DNA of 64,000 bases from Callorhinchus milii. Taxonomy: Eukaryota. Location of the stretch: positions 84,506,001 through 84,570,000 of the forward strand of contig NW_024704743.1 in the NCBI RefSeq assembly GCF_018977255.1, written 5' to 3'. The position numbers were made by a program, and so were the translations under genes. This document shows positions 11,560-23,804 of this stretch, in pieces (position 1 is the stretch's first letter; each line of letters begins with the position of its first letter). The notes under the pieces were generated by a model. It was not told where the DNA came from. It worked only from the letters and a program-made list of their open reading frames with translations, and did no database searches.

Positions 11560-12480
11560 CCAACATATACATTTCGCAGACTCGCCGGGTCGATCCCTTA
11601 ACTTTATGGGAAAAATTATTCAAAAAAAACAAATGCCTTTTCTGGCTGAGTTCCTTTTGTTACACAATTTCTACTAATAAAGTATTGTCTTAACACTGCA
11701 ACAAAATGTATCCTTTAAACACGAACATCTTGTCGATCAGCCAGCGGTGAGCTCCAACACCATGGGAATTCTGAAAACGACTGCATGGCTTGTTTACACT
11801 GGGCATGATTTCCAAAGTGTCAGTTTGGAGAAAAGATAGAAAAATGGAGGAATGAAGTTGATTTACTGGATTATTGATAACCTTTCCACCGACGTTGTTG
11901 CTCGGAAGGCTGCATTCAAGATGTAAATCATTTATATCACTCAATCTTTACTTTATCAGCATTATCATTATCTGTATTTAATTGGCACCATTCAGCACTA
12001 TCAGCCCTTTGAGCAGTATCAATAAAGGTGGTCTGGTGAGAGGAACACAGCAAACCAGGTGAGTATTCCTGACAAAAAATAATTGCGGAAAACAGGTTGT
12101 TCACCTAACAGGAAGTGACTTTATTTGAAAATCTCAACATGCACTGCCTTTTCTACAACCTTTTTTATGACACTCTTCAGCATGTGGGTTAAGTGTGAGA
12201 AGCAGCAGGGGGCTAAGGGTGACCTAGTGCAGACCTGCTGCAATAAAATCCGTTTGCTCCATATCTGCACATTGTCCGTTGATCCTTTCCACTGACCTTT
12301 TACTCAAAAGGTTTTGTATCCAGGAAGTAGCTGAGAGTGTTAATTATGATTGATTCACTGTGGTCTTCGGATGACTGTTTATATCATTCCATACCACGGC
12401 TGTGCCCTTAATGACCTTTCTCAGACCACTGAGTAGAGAGAGAAAAAAATCCATAAGTCTCTGAAAAGAGAAAAAATAAA
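11560..12480. promoter_or_regulatory. Candidate conserved non-coding element / enhancer block
   Basis: No recognisable repeat; PBX-HOX-type TGATTTAC (11859) and GTAAATCAT (11923), TGATTGAT (12347), ETS CAGGAAGT (12109, 12321). Conservation cannot be tested here. Confidence 0.35.
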
Positions 12481-12879
12481 ATGTAGAGACAGGGAAAAAA
12501 GACAGCAAAGGTGCAAATCATTTTGATCTGGGATTTACCACGCTTCCAACATTTTGTACAAGACCTTCCTTTACATTTTATTTTGAGTTTTGCTTTGATA
12601 CATTGCAGATTACATTATCCAAATCTTTCTTGGGCTGGATAAATTCAGGAAGAGTAATTGGAGATGTATCAAACCAAGTTAAAATAACAACAACAATAAC
12701 ATATTTATATAACACCCTTCACACGGCGTAGCATCCCAGAGCACTTAAAATAATATATAAAAATTGGATTCAAAATGCTGGGTGACTAAAGGTGATTAAA
12801 ACCTATGATCAGAAAAATCTGCACCTTTGCAGGATTTCTTTTTAATTCTAAATAATTTGGGCAATGGTTAGAAAGCTCA

Positions 12880-14505
12880 GTGACAGCATTATGATGCTTG
12901 GCATCCCCAGCGCATGACCATTCTTCATGTGTCGGCCAAGAAAATAAATGCCAGGAGACTATTCAAGGCAGATGTCTGTCAGATAGCTGATGAGGAAACT
13001 CTGGACCTTACAGTAAGGCGTTACGTAGAGTCTGAGTTTGTGAACATGTGTTCATTCATCCAGCACTTGGAATCCACCTTGATTGGTTTGCAGAGAAGTT
13101 ATCAGCTGCTGCTCAAGCTCCACATCTCTAACTGGTGGAACCATCGCTTGATGGGAAGCGATGTGTGTCTGAGCTGTGGGCAGGTACATGGTGACAATGC
13201 TCTTATGCATTTCATGATGAGCTGTGCTGCCCACCATAAAGCTTGCATGGAGTTCCTTGCACCTATCGTCCAACTAGTGAAGAATAGACTCCCTGCTTTT
13301 CAGATGTCAAATGACTAACTAGTGACTATCCTCCATGGGGGTGGGGGTAGGTAAGTGGGATTTTCTTGGAGCTGAACCGGCTCCAAGGTAATATGTTTGG
13401 TAACAGAATATCAGAAACAAGCCAAACCTCTAGAGTGGTCTCGGTAGTCCGGTTCATGAGCCAGTACTCCAGAGCACTGCAAATGGCAGCCCAGTGGCTC
13501 ACTGTCAGGACTTGGAAGGGCCAACGAATCACTAGGGGCAGGGATTGTTCCCACTCAGCTCCTGTTAACCCTGCAAACCCAAGCCTGAATGGGTAAGCTG
13601 GTCGCAGTTGGACAAGCAGCGGGAAAGCTTGCTGGTCTCCACCTCACTGAGCCAGTCCGGAACCTTGGCATCTTGTTTGACCCTCAACAATCCTTTCTAC
13701 TTCACATCCGTGCCATGACCCACTCTGCCTTACCCCACCTCCGCAACATTGCCCGACTCTGCCACTGTCTCTCACTGCAGGCCGCCGAAACTCATACACA
13801 CATTCATAACATTTGACTATGCAAACTCCCTGCTTGTTAGCCTCCCCAACTCCTCCTTCCATAGGCTGCAGATCATCCAGAACTCTGCAGCCCATGTCCT
13901 CCCCCACACCAGCTCCGCGACCCTATCACCCCCATCCTCACCCAACTCCACTGGCTTCCCATCACAGAGAGGATACAGTTCAAGATCCTGATTCTCACCT
14001 TCAAAGCTCTCCATGGCTTTGCTCCATGCCCTACCTCTGTAATCTCCTAACCCCCTACCAAACTGCCCGCTCCCTCCACGCAGCGGGCTCCGGCCTGATT
14101 CACGTCCCCCTCTTTGCCCGCCCCACCATTGGCAGGCGGGCCTTCAGCCATTCTGCCCCCACCCTCTGGAACTCCATCCTGCAGTCCCTCTGCCTCACCC
14201 TCTCCCTTGCCTCCTTCAAGACCCATCTCAAGACCCTCCTCTTGGACCTTGCCTTCGATCACGCTGATTCCCTCCCTGCCCTCCAGCTCCCTAATCCCGA
14301 CCTCCCAGCTCGCGTCCAAAACACTGTCTGTCCAGTGCCTTGGGATGTCCTCCTGACGTGAAAGGTGCTTTACAAATGTAATTTTGTTGTGGTTGTTGTT
14401 GGACAGTGCTTTCACTGGCAAGCTATGCGGTTTTAGCTGGTTAGACTCCAGCAGGATCCCAATGCGCACTCTGGGATTCCCCAAGCCTTGGCTGTTGCCA
14501 ACCTG
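12880..14505 (+). mobile_element. Unclassified LINE ORF2 C-terminus plus 3' region, copy 2, interrupted by an L2
   Basis: ORF 12914-13318 contains LLLKLHISN...CLSCGQVHGDNALMHFMMSCAAH (C-x2-C...H-x4-C knuckle typical of non-LTR ORF2 C-termini); downstream DNA matches the three other copies and resumes at 14401 after the L2. Confidence 0.72.
13636..14400 (+). mobile_element. L2 LINE 3' fragment (tail type A), nested
   Basis: Frameshifted HLTEPVRNLGILFDPQ / FDYANSLL...LQIIQNSAA / RRAFSHSAPTLWNS; tail gtgaaaggtgctttacaaatgtaattttgttgtggttgttgtt. Confidence 0.95.
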
Positions 14506-15011
14506 ATCAATGTGAGAGTTGCTGCTGGCAGATAGTACAGTATTTTTCCTGTGCTTCCCTGTGGCAGAGGACAAATTAGCTTTAAACAACAGCGGGAATC
14601 TTTTAAATTTTATTTTAGAAAGGAAACTTCACATTTTATTAAAGTGTATGGGAGCAGTGTGTAACCACGATTGTGTCCCTTATTAAATAACATTCTTCAT
14701 GGTACAGATAAGCAGATTGAAAGAAAGAGGCCATTTGGAGCAAATGGTGGAAACTTGCAATATGACAATTTATGGCGTTCAATCTTCAAGAAAAAAACTA
14801 TTTGGCAACACAAAGTAGAATATCATGTACATTACCACCAAATGAAAGGCAGATGTGTTGCACTCATCCTTAAATTTTCATATCTCCAGTATTTTGCCTC
14901 ACTAAAGCCAAGTGTGAGAAAGAATTCACCATCCATAGGCTATTATACTCTGGCTGTAGACTGCAGCTGAGCTCACTGTAAAGCTCTCCAAAAAGACAAA
15001 ACATCTATACA

Positions 15012-15515
15012 GTGGTTTTTTGGGGCAGCCCGGTGTCTGACACATGCAGAAATCCATCACCAAGTTTAAGATTATCTAAACCAGACTGTGAGTGCCACAT
15101 ATGTATCCCTCCTAGCTAAGTAAATGGCCGTGTGTCTGGAATGGAATGCATACTGTCCTTGGAGGAATTCAGGCTGCTTTATCTCATATCGGAAAGTATT
15201 AGGCACAGGTTGGCGAGAATGAAGGCTTGGGGATCCCAAAGTGTGAGTAGAGATGCTGCTGGAATTCTACCAACTAAAACACATAGCTTGCCAAAGTGAG
15301 CATTATCTGACAAGCTTCCCATTGCTTGGCCAGTTAGAGCCACCTTACCAATTAGTGCTTTGGCTTGCAGGGTTGAGAAGAGAAGAGTTGGAAGAATCCC
15401 TACTCGCAGTGTCTTGTCTACCCAGTTCCTGCTGAGAAGCCAGGCTGGCTGGTCTGCCATCAACAGTAGCTTGACATACTGTGCCCAGCCTGGCTTAGGA
15501 GACGGACTCCTGAAA
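15012..15515 (-). mobile_element. Unclassified old LINE 3' region, copy 3
   Basis: Reverse complement similarity to 3130-3630; same-strand similarity to 60531-61000 (ctgacacatgcagaaa.cc.tcacca). Confidence 0.75.
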
Positions 15516-16499
15516 TCTATCACAGAGAATCAACTCAAATCCAATATTTGTTTGCCAGACATTACCTGTTCTCATGATCTTAATCATAAGAATATTGTCA
15601 TATGATGTAAGATTTTGGAATTTGGGAAAATTCCTTAAATTCATTCACAATTTGGAAGCCTGTTTTTCTTTTAAGACTATGAGGAACTTAAGGCCTCAGG
15701 CGATCTTTATGATCATGTTGCCCCATACGTCTGCCAGTGCTTTGCCTTAACCCCTGCTGTCTGAGAGCAGCTAAACAAGATTCCCTGCAATTTTGACTCC
15801 TTGTTCTTCCCTCTGTTGAGTATCTCCATCAACAGCATGCTTGAGTTTTGAAAAGGTGTGTGGGGAACACCAGAGGAATTGTGTTATTGCCCCCCCCCCC
15901 ACCACCATTATTTATTCAATTGAATATTAATGAGACACACTGGTGCACTTGGATGAAACAGTGCAAGGATGCTGAAATCGCACTTTTTAAATGCAGTTTA
16001 AATTATTTAGATTTGAAACCCCACATTGGGGATTTTGAGCTCACAGTGTAGACTTCATATATTAGGTAAGTATTGGGAGAGAACAACAATTTCAGAGGTG
16101 CTATCCTTTGCATGAAACATCAAATTTCTGTCTGCTTTTCAGGTGGGTGTTATTTAAGATGTCATAACACTATTTGAAAAGAGAAGCAAATTTCTCTTAG
16201 TGTAACCTGTATTGGGACTTTGCTCTTCTAAAGAGAGACAATAATGACCAGAGTGTCCTTTTTCCCGCAGTCCCAAAGGACAGAATCCATTGACCATCTT
16301 AACTCGTTGACTAGCTAGGGTTCAAGATGGTGAGTTCAGCTCTATCTGCACAGCCTACAAATACACACTTGACAGCAATTACCTGTGAAGTATTTTGAGA
16401 TATTTAGACAGAATATGAAATGCCGGACACGTTTATATAAAATAACTCTCCTGCCTCCTTCTACCAAATTATTTACATTTACTGTTTTAGTGTTAGAAA

Positions 16500-17105
16500 C
16501 AACAACTTACGCAACAATTTTCACATTAGGAGAATATCTCAAAGCACTTTACAAAACTGAGGGAGAGCCTGACCTGGGAGGAGATAGAAAGAGGATGGGA
16601 AGGTGTTATAATGCACAAAGAGATAGGCTTTTGGATGAGTTTTGAAAGGAGAGAGGGAGAGTTGAGATGGAGGAATTTATGAAGCGTTCCAGTGGGAAGG
16701 GTCAAAATGCCTGAAAATTTGCCCACGGATGGTGATATAGAGGGAACGCATCAGGCCAGAGTTAGCAGAATGGAGGGAGTGGCTTGGGGGAGACTTGCAG
16801 GAGATCACAGAAATAGGTTGGGCAAAGCCATAGAGGTGTATGAACATAAAAACAAAGATGTACTGGGAAATAGGGAGCCAGTGGATCAGGGTGAGATTCG
16901 GGACTTTGGGCTCATAGAGCCAAGTGTGGGAGAGAATATGGGCTGGAGCTGGTCTGAAGCTTTTGGAGAGTGTGGGTAGGGAGGCCAATGAACAGAATGT
17001 TGGGAATAAACGCGTCTGGAGGTGCCAACGGCATGAGTGAAGGTTTCGGTCGTGGTTAGGTACCAACAAAATGGTGGATGTTACAAGGATGGCAGAAAGC
17101 AAAGT
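16500..17105 (-). mobile_element. Diverged L2 3' fragment
   Basis: ORF 16677-17102(-) retains LTLIHWLPISQ...HSLHSANSGL; tail at 16500. Confidence 0.75.
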
Positions 17106-18342
17106 GGATTAGAGCCTGGATGGAGAAATCCAGAAGGCTATTATGCCAATTAAACCTTCCAACTCAATTTATTTTTAAAGCGGGATTCTTCCTAGTCTGG
17201 TTTACAGAAAGAGTCGGCACTCAGATTTCTTATTTAAAAAATAATGCAAAACTGACCTTAGTACTGGGCAACCAAACTACAACAAGACATTGTGTTACAG
17301 ATGGCCCAGAGAAGAATGACCTGCATGTTTCAGATGTAAAATTAGCTGAGATTCTCACTCCAGTGATCCCTGCTGAAAGGTACAATGGCATTGAGGACAG
17401 AATCGGGGTAATGTACCTTACTCATTGTCTTGGCTCACACATAAAGAATGGATAAGATACCAAAGGGAGGTCAGTGCAGTTGAAGCAGACACTTGAGCCC
17501 CAGTGTATTACACTTGTCCACCTCCTAGTGACCAGTTACTGAAGAGCAATCTCAGAGCTCTGGGAACAATTCACCCTGTCTGAACCCTTGACCTGTGAGG
17601 GTGATGGAGGGGGTGGGAAAGGTGGTGGTTGGCGCACAGTGACCGAAACAAAGGTAAGAATAAGAGTTGTTTTTAAAAATTATAACAAAATGCCTGGTTA
17701 AATTGAGATGTTGAGCAAGCAGATGGGAGTCTGCAGTCAGGGAGAATACAGTGATATTAATCGAGCAACCTAGGCTCAGGCTGGAGGGTCTAAGGAAATG
17801 AAGTGCGTGGAGAAAGGCAAGCTGCTGGTAGCTCTGCTTCGCCGGCCTTCCTGAACATACACATTTAGAAGGGTGTGAGATTGATGAATCGGAGTCATGT
17901 GGACGGTGGCAATAAAGAGGCACTGAAACAGACCTGAATGCAGCCACCTGGACACCACCATCCTCTGTTTTCAGGGAAAGTCAGCCAATTGCAAACATAG
18001 GGGTGGGCCCACAGCAATTCAGTTAATCCCCTGTCTTGCTCCCTGACCCACTTTAAACCATTACTACAGGTTAGCCTATGGATCGTATTTTAAAAACAAA
18101 GGTCTGGTGAATGTAAAAAATCAAAGCAGAATATTGCAATAGGCGTGTTACAGCCTTCAGGGAAATAAGGAAGAAGTTAGTGGAGATTTTATTTTTTTAG
18201 AAGGTTTTTGTAGCCGTTGTTATTTTCCATTGCCAATTTTCTCCCCTTCTCATTTCCATCTGAAGACGTTCAACTCCTTTTTGCCTCTACAGTCCCTCCA
18301 TCACCTGTGCCCTCCAGTAACTCTCCCCAGTGGCCATTAACA

Positions 18343-18620
18343 CAATACAATACAATTTACATTTATAAGGAAATGAAGTGGATGGAGAAATGCAAGCTGC
18401 TGGTAGCTCTTTCACATCAGGGGAATGTCTCAAAGAGCTTCATATTGCTGGCTGGCTATCCAAATAGGAGTGTAGAGGGGAGCGGAGGAGGACAGAGAAG
18501 AGGGGAAAAGGTAACTGAAAGTGTGGTCCAAGAGGAACGTCTTGAGGCGAGCTTCGAAATTAGGGAATGAGGGCTAATTGGAGGGACTGCAGATTTCCAG
18601 AGAGCAGGGGCAGATGAGAG
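18343..18620 (-). mobile_element. Diverged L2 3' tail carrying a templated insertion
   Basis: aatacaatacaatttacatttata [insert] tagctctttcacatcagg...aatgtctcaaagagcttca. Confidence 0.65.
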
Positions 18621-19045
18621 CCTTGACAGTGAACATCAGCTCTATATTGAATTGCTGATGATGTCACAGCTAACTTTGCTCCAATCCTTACCCCATCATC
18701 CACACACTTGCACCACCAGTCTCTGAGTGGAAATGCGGAACCACACCCTGTGTGATTTCTACCCTGACTACACAGTCAATGAGGTTAATTGTAGCACCAG
18801 CACCTTCATCCTTTCTGAGATCAGTGAAAACACACAGGGAATAATACGTAGCAACCTTGTGATAACACAATCCTCTGGGTCCAATCTCTCAGAGGCTGCA
18901 TGTAAGTGAAGCTCAAAAAAGGTTATTTTGAGCTTTTCATGTCACTGCTGATATCACTTCCTTTATGCAAGAAGCGCCATTGATACCAGTTCATACATAA
19001 AGTGATGTCAGTCGTGCTAAATGCATAGTGCGCATGCCTACGAAG

Positions 19046-19274
19046 TAGAGTTGCCACCGCCGAGACGCAGAAAAGCCCATTGAAATTTCTCCCACCCTCC
19101 TCGTATCGCACGCTGTAGCCTCCACCCACTGCCGTGCCAGCTGTCACCAAGTTTGCTCCCTCCCGGGTGCCCTCTCACACACACATGTGTACGGCACCTC
19201 GGAACTGGAGAAAAATGGCTCATTGAATCTTTTTGCCGGCAACGAGCAAGGCAATACAAATAATGGCAACCCTA
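19046..19274. mobile_element. Putative hAT-type MITE, CpG-rich
   Basis: Termini TAGAGTTGCCA (19046) and TGGCAACCCTA (19264-19274) are 10/11 inverted; no clear 8-bp TSD. Confidence 0.45.
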
Positions 19275-19589
19275 ACAATAAGTGATGCCAGTGACAAACT
19301 GATGATCTAGAATTCTTCCCCAATTTTTAGAAGTTTTTGATTTTTCAGGTACTACCTAGTCAGCACCAGAAGCCAGGTGTACCGTATTGGTGCACTAGTG
19401 ATAGAAGGATAGCAGTGCGATGATGCAGTCTAACAGGGTTTCCATACATCTGGGACCTTTCTCATCCAAATGGCTAAGCTACTCACACTGTTTTGGATTG
19501 TGAATTGAAAATGAATATGTAAAAGTACAGCACACCAAATCAAGTCAACAGATCATTTATTATGAGAGGTGTGTTCTATGAATACAGAA

Positions 19590-20050
19590 AGGCAGCTAAT
19601 TCATCAAGAGGGTTAACACTGCTTGATGAGATAACTGTAAAATGACCTCTCCCACTAGCCAATGTTTGCTTGCATTTCTTTGGGCAGGTGATGAGTGCTG
19701 GAAAGTATATTCAATTAAATTAGTAAATTCACACTGTTGGAGAAAAGAACCGACAGGAACGCCACTGAAGTAACAAAAGCACCATTTGTTTTTGAAAGTT
19801 GCTCTGTGTGTTTGCATGATGACAAAGCAGCAGCCCTACAGATATCATGGTCCTGCATTAAAAAGGGCACCGTCTTTATGCCTTGGCAATAGTCTGATAA
19901 ATCTGTTTGTGTTGTTGTTTAGAGAAAGAAGCGCCAGGAATGCCAACAATAGTGCCAGAAAACACAATGGTGTATTTAATATCAATTGCATCACTGCATT
20001 GCACGCTTGGAGAGAGTTAACGCAAAGTTTGTTGAACATTTTTTTTAGCC
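19590..20050. promoter_or_regulatory. Candidate conserved non-coding element
   Basis: Unique, repeat-free block with homeobox (TAAT/ATTA), SOX (AACAAT, ACAATG) and GATA (TGATAA) motifs; inference only. Confidence 0.25.
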
Positions 20051-20097
20051 TGTCCAGCGACCCTTTAACTGCATCAGATCAGTTAATCCTGTTTACT

Positions 20098-20495
20098 TGT
20101 CAGTCTGAGTTGATAGCACTCTTGGCTCTAAGTCAGAAAATCGTGGATTCAAGTCTCACGTCAGGACTTGGAACTCACAGTCCACGGCAAAACTCCAATA
20201 CGGTGCTGGGAGGAGCGCTGCATTTGGAGGTGACATGTGTCGGGTTAGATTTATGCCTTGGTGAGTTATTCAGGTGGACCTTAAAAATCTAATGATTTGA
20301 CACTATTAAAATAATGGCACTATTTGAAAAGAGAAGGAAGTTTCTCTCAGTGTCCCTGCAAATAATTCCCCAGATAAAATTGATCATTCACATCATGGCT
20401 GTTTGTTAGCTGCTGTTTTTGCCTACAAAATGCAATCACTATACCTCAGAGTAAATCCTGTGAAGTGCATTGAGACATCCTTCTGACATGGAAAA
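20098..20495 (+). mobile_element. Near full-length old DeuSINE with tRNA-derived head
   Basis: gtcagtctgagttgatagcactcttggctctaagtcagaaaatcgtggattcaagtc...ttcaggtggacc...atggcactatttgaaaagagaagg...cctgtgaagtgcattgagacatcc. Confidence 0.8.
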
Positions 20496-21104
20496 CAGAA
20501 TATTCTCTAAATGGTGAGAAACTAAGAACCGTGGAAGAGCAAATGGATTTGTGTGTCCACGTAAACAAATACTAAAAACAAGCTCACAGGTACAAAAAGT
20601 TATCACAAAGTCTAATGGGATGTTGGCCTTTATCTTCCCACCCCTCCCAAATCCCACCCTCCGTTATGGATGCAAACCTCGACTGTCCAACGCCTTGGGT
20701 CATCGTCCTGATGTGAAACTGACTCTATAAATGCAATTTGTTGTTTTATTTTTAAGGGGATGTGAAAAGAATTCAGTGAGCAATTGTGAAACACAGAACA
20801 AGTTCTACTCATGTGGAAAACCATTATTCTGTAGTACACTTGTACCTCCTAACTGTTTCATCATCTGAATCATAGAATAATTTCTGCATTCCTCACTTTC
20901 CTACTGAATGTATATGTAGCACTACATTATGCATTGACTGCACATAGCGAAAATTAGCGGCCTTCCTATTTGTTGAAAATGTGATGATTGCTATTTTTAG
21001 CCATCCGTACAAGACAGAATCCATAACCTATAGTTCTCCAATGAATATCCTTTTAATGTATTACACTGGATTTGTTTACTTTATTTGATGTTCAGACTTT
21101 AGAT

Positions 21105-21435
21105 TGGCTGAGTTGGTAGCACTGTTGCTTCGGAATTAGAAAGATCAAGCTCCGTATCGGGACTTTGTGCTCAAAGTCTAAAACACCAAGGCAGTAATGA
21201 GGGAAAGCTGCACTTTTGGAGGTGCTTTCCTTTGGAGGAGATGTTCAGAGGAACATTAAAGAACCTGTGATACTATTCAAGAAGAGAGTTTCTAGCCAAT
21301 AAGCCTCCAAAAAATAAATTGGTCAATCGCCTCATGGCTCATTGTGAAATATCATTGTTCACAAATTGGCTGAAGCATTGACCTACAAATACATTTAAAA
21401 TTAATTACTGTAAAATTCTCTGTCATTCCAAAGTA
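21105..21435 (+). mobile_element. Diverged old DeuSINE
   Basis: ggctgagttggtagcact head and Deu-like body. Confidence 0.65.
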
Positions 21436-22313
21436 ATATACATATGTTTTACCAAATGGAAGATTATTATTAGGAATGAAAATTGTGATAAGTTTAAACA
21501 GATTTGATGTGATGATTACCATTACCACAAAATAAAATACATTTCCCATTAATCAGCCTTGAAGTAGTCCTCAACAAATTTATTATGCAATTATCCAGGT
21601 TAAGTGAAATGTATCTAACATGAAAGACCCCCAAGAACTAATTTGTTTAGAACAATTTTGATTTTGGTTCACAGTAATAAGACAGTTTAGAGAAGTTTGA
21701 AGTATGAGATTTACATTGATAGACCAGTTAGTGAATAATGAGCTGTTAAGGCGACCTGTTTAGATAAACAATTAACAAATTACTATTTGCATAAATGAAA
21801 ATGGGGCAATTAATCTTCTTCATACATCTGCTCTGTGTCTACAGATAATAAAACTATACACTGCAAATGACTTACAATTCTGCACCAAACCGAACAGACT
21901 GCTATAGAAATGAACAAGAGTACATTTTAGCGCTTTGAGACGTCCAACCAACAAGAAAGGTGCTATATGTATGTAAATTGCATTATAAATTGTATCGTGT
22001 TTTGCCTTTAGCGTTGTTTTAGAGAGGACATTATAGTGCTTCAAAATTATAACTACCATGAAAATGCTGGCTGAATCTTCTTATAGGTGAGCTTTATTTG
22101 CAGAATTTTAAAGTGTAAATATATGTAAAATCAACATTAAATTCATTCTGAATTTGGAGATAGATTAAGATCACTGGACATTCACAATTCAATATAAAGC
22201 CCAGTTTAACAATATGGGAGTAGGAGCCATCAATGAAACAGGCCAGAGTGGATGGACCAGAGTGGATACATGGGGGAGTAGGGTTGCAGGAGATAGCAGA
22301 GGTAGATTGGGGC

Positions 22314-22715
22314 AACAACAACAACTTGGATTTATATAGGGTCCTCCACGGCGGACGGCGTCTCAGAGCGCTTCAGAGTAACGGATCCCCGGGCCGAGCC
22401 AGATCTTCAGCCGAGACTTGTAAATAGGAAGAGAAGGGATGAGGCGAAGGGAGTGAGGAAGGGAGTTCCAGAGCCTCGGGGCGTAGTGGCTGAAGGCATG
22501 GCCGCTGATGGTGGAGCAGAGGATTTGGGGGACAAGGAGGAGACCAAACCCAGTGCCAAGGGTGTAGAGGCATTTGAGAGTGAAGATGATGATTTTACAG
22601 TTGATACCCTAGGGAATTGTAAACTAGTGGGCGACGGTGGGATTCATGGCTTGCTGGGCCTAATATGGAAGAGAATGTGGGCAGCAGAATTCTGGATGAT
22701 CTGTAGCTTGTGGAA
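22314..22715 (-). mobile_element. L2 3' fragment (tail type C)
   Basis: (CAA)n tail, then ctccacggcggacggcgtctcagagcgcttca; ends in gcagcagaattctggatgatctgtagcttgtgg (rc of HKLQIIQNSAA). Confidence 0.85.
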
Positions 22716-22924
22716 ACATGAAATCCCTCTCCATTATCTCACATAGTATAGTGAATTGCAAGAGCTTACTTCACCAGGAAAATATGTCAGCTTGACTCAG
22801 TTATTAGAACTCCCAAATCTGAGATGGAGTAACTGCAACAATAATTTACATTAATATAGTGAACTTCAGATAGAATAACATCTCAGAGCGCTTAACAATG
22901 GCAGGAAGATGCCGAACAGTGTGA

Positions 22925-22957
22925 GGGGAATGGGGATGGGGGGCGGGGAGCGCGGGG
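22925..22957 (+). other. G-quadruplex-forming motif
   Basis: GGGG-aat-GGGG-at-GGGGGG-c-GGGG-agcgc-GGGG, within an L2 tail remnant. Confidence 0.6.
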
Positions 22958-22995
22958 TGGTTGGAGGAAAGGAGGGAGGTGACAATAGACATAAT

Positions 22996-23165
22996 AATAT
23001 ACTAATAATCCTTTATCACGTCTTCGAGACGTCTCAAAGCGCTTCACGGAATATACTGTAAAGTGAATTGACTATATATTTGTGGGTGAAACACGGCAGC
23101 CAATTGCGCACAGCAGTGTCCCACAAACAGTCATGGATTGAAGTGACCAATTTATTATTATTATT
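22996..23165 (-). mobile_element. 5'-truncated young SINE
   Basis: tcacgtcttcgagacgtctcaaagcgcttcacggaatatactgtaaagtgaattgac...cagccaattgcgcacagcagtgtcccacaaacagtc. Confidence 0.88.
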
Positions 23166-23670
23166 AACATGGTCGAAGAGGTAGGTTGCAAGGAGGGACT
23201 TTAAGACATGTCAGAACATGATCTCAAAGCTAAAGCTGACACCCTTGGGGAGTGCTATATTGTTAGCTTGGCTCTGTCAGCAGCACTCTCACTCCTGGGT
23301 TAGAGAGTTGAGGATTTGATCATCATTTTGAGACTTGAGCTCAGCACCTGGGCTGACATTCCATTGCAATCCTGGGTGAGTGCTGCATTTACAGTTGTAG
23401 CTTTGTACAGGAAAAATGGTTTGCTGTGTATTTATTGGACTCTGGAGGACTATGAAGGACAATTCTAAAATTTGGTTTGGTGTATTTTCCCAACAATTTG
23501 ATATTGAGATACAGCAACGCTATCATTTCATTTTTCTGCTCTTTTGTACATTAAGTCAACCAGTTAAAAAAAACGTTGTTTTTGATCTGATATAAGTATT
23601 TTTCATTTTTTAATGTTTTCTACATAAATCACTGAGATTAATGCATGGATTTAGAAACTCATTCAGTGGG

Positions 23671-23804
23671 AGGATTAGTTGAGTTCTGTTTCATAAAATA
23701 AGCAACTGGGAAATTAATATAAAATATACAATATTATATAATTTTATATATATTATATTAGTTTCCCAGTCGCTTACTTTATGAAACAGAATTCAACTAA
23801 TCCT
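23671..23804. repeat. Long palindromic element (52-bp arms, AT-rich centre)
   Basis: 23671-23722 vs rc of 23753-23804: 48/52 identical. Confidence 0.9.
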
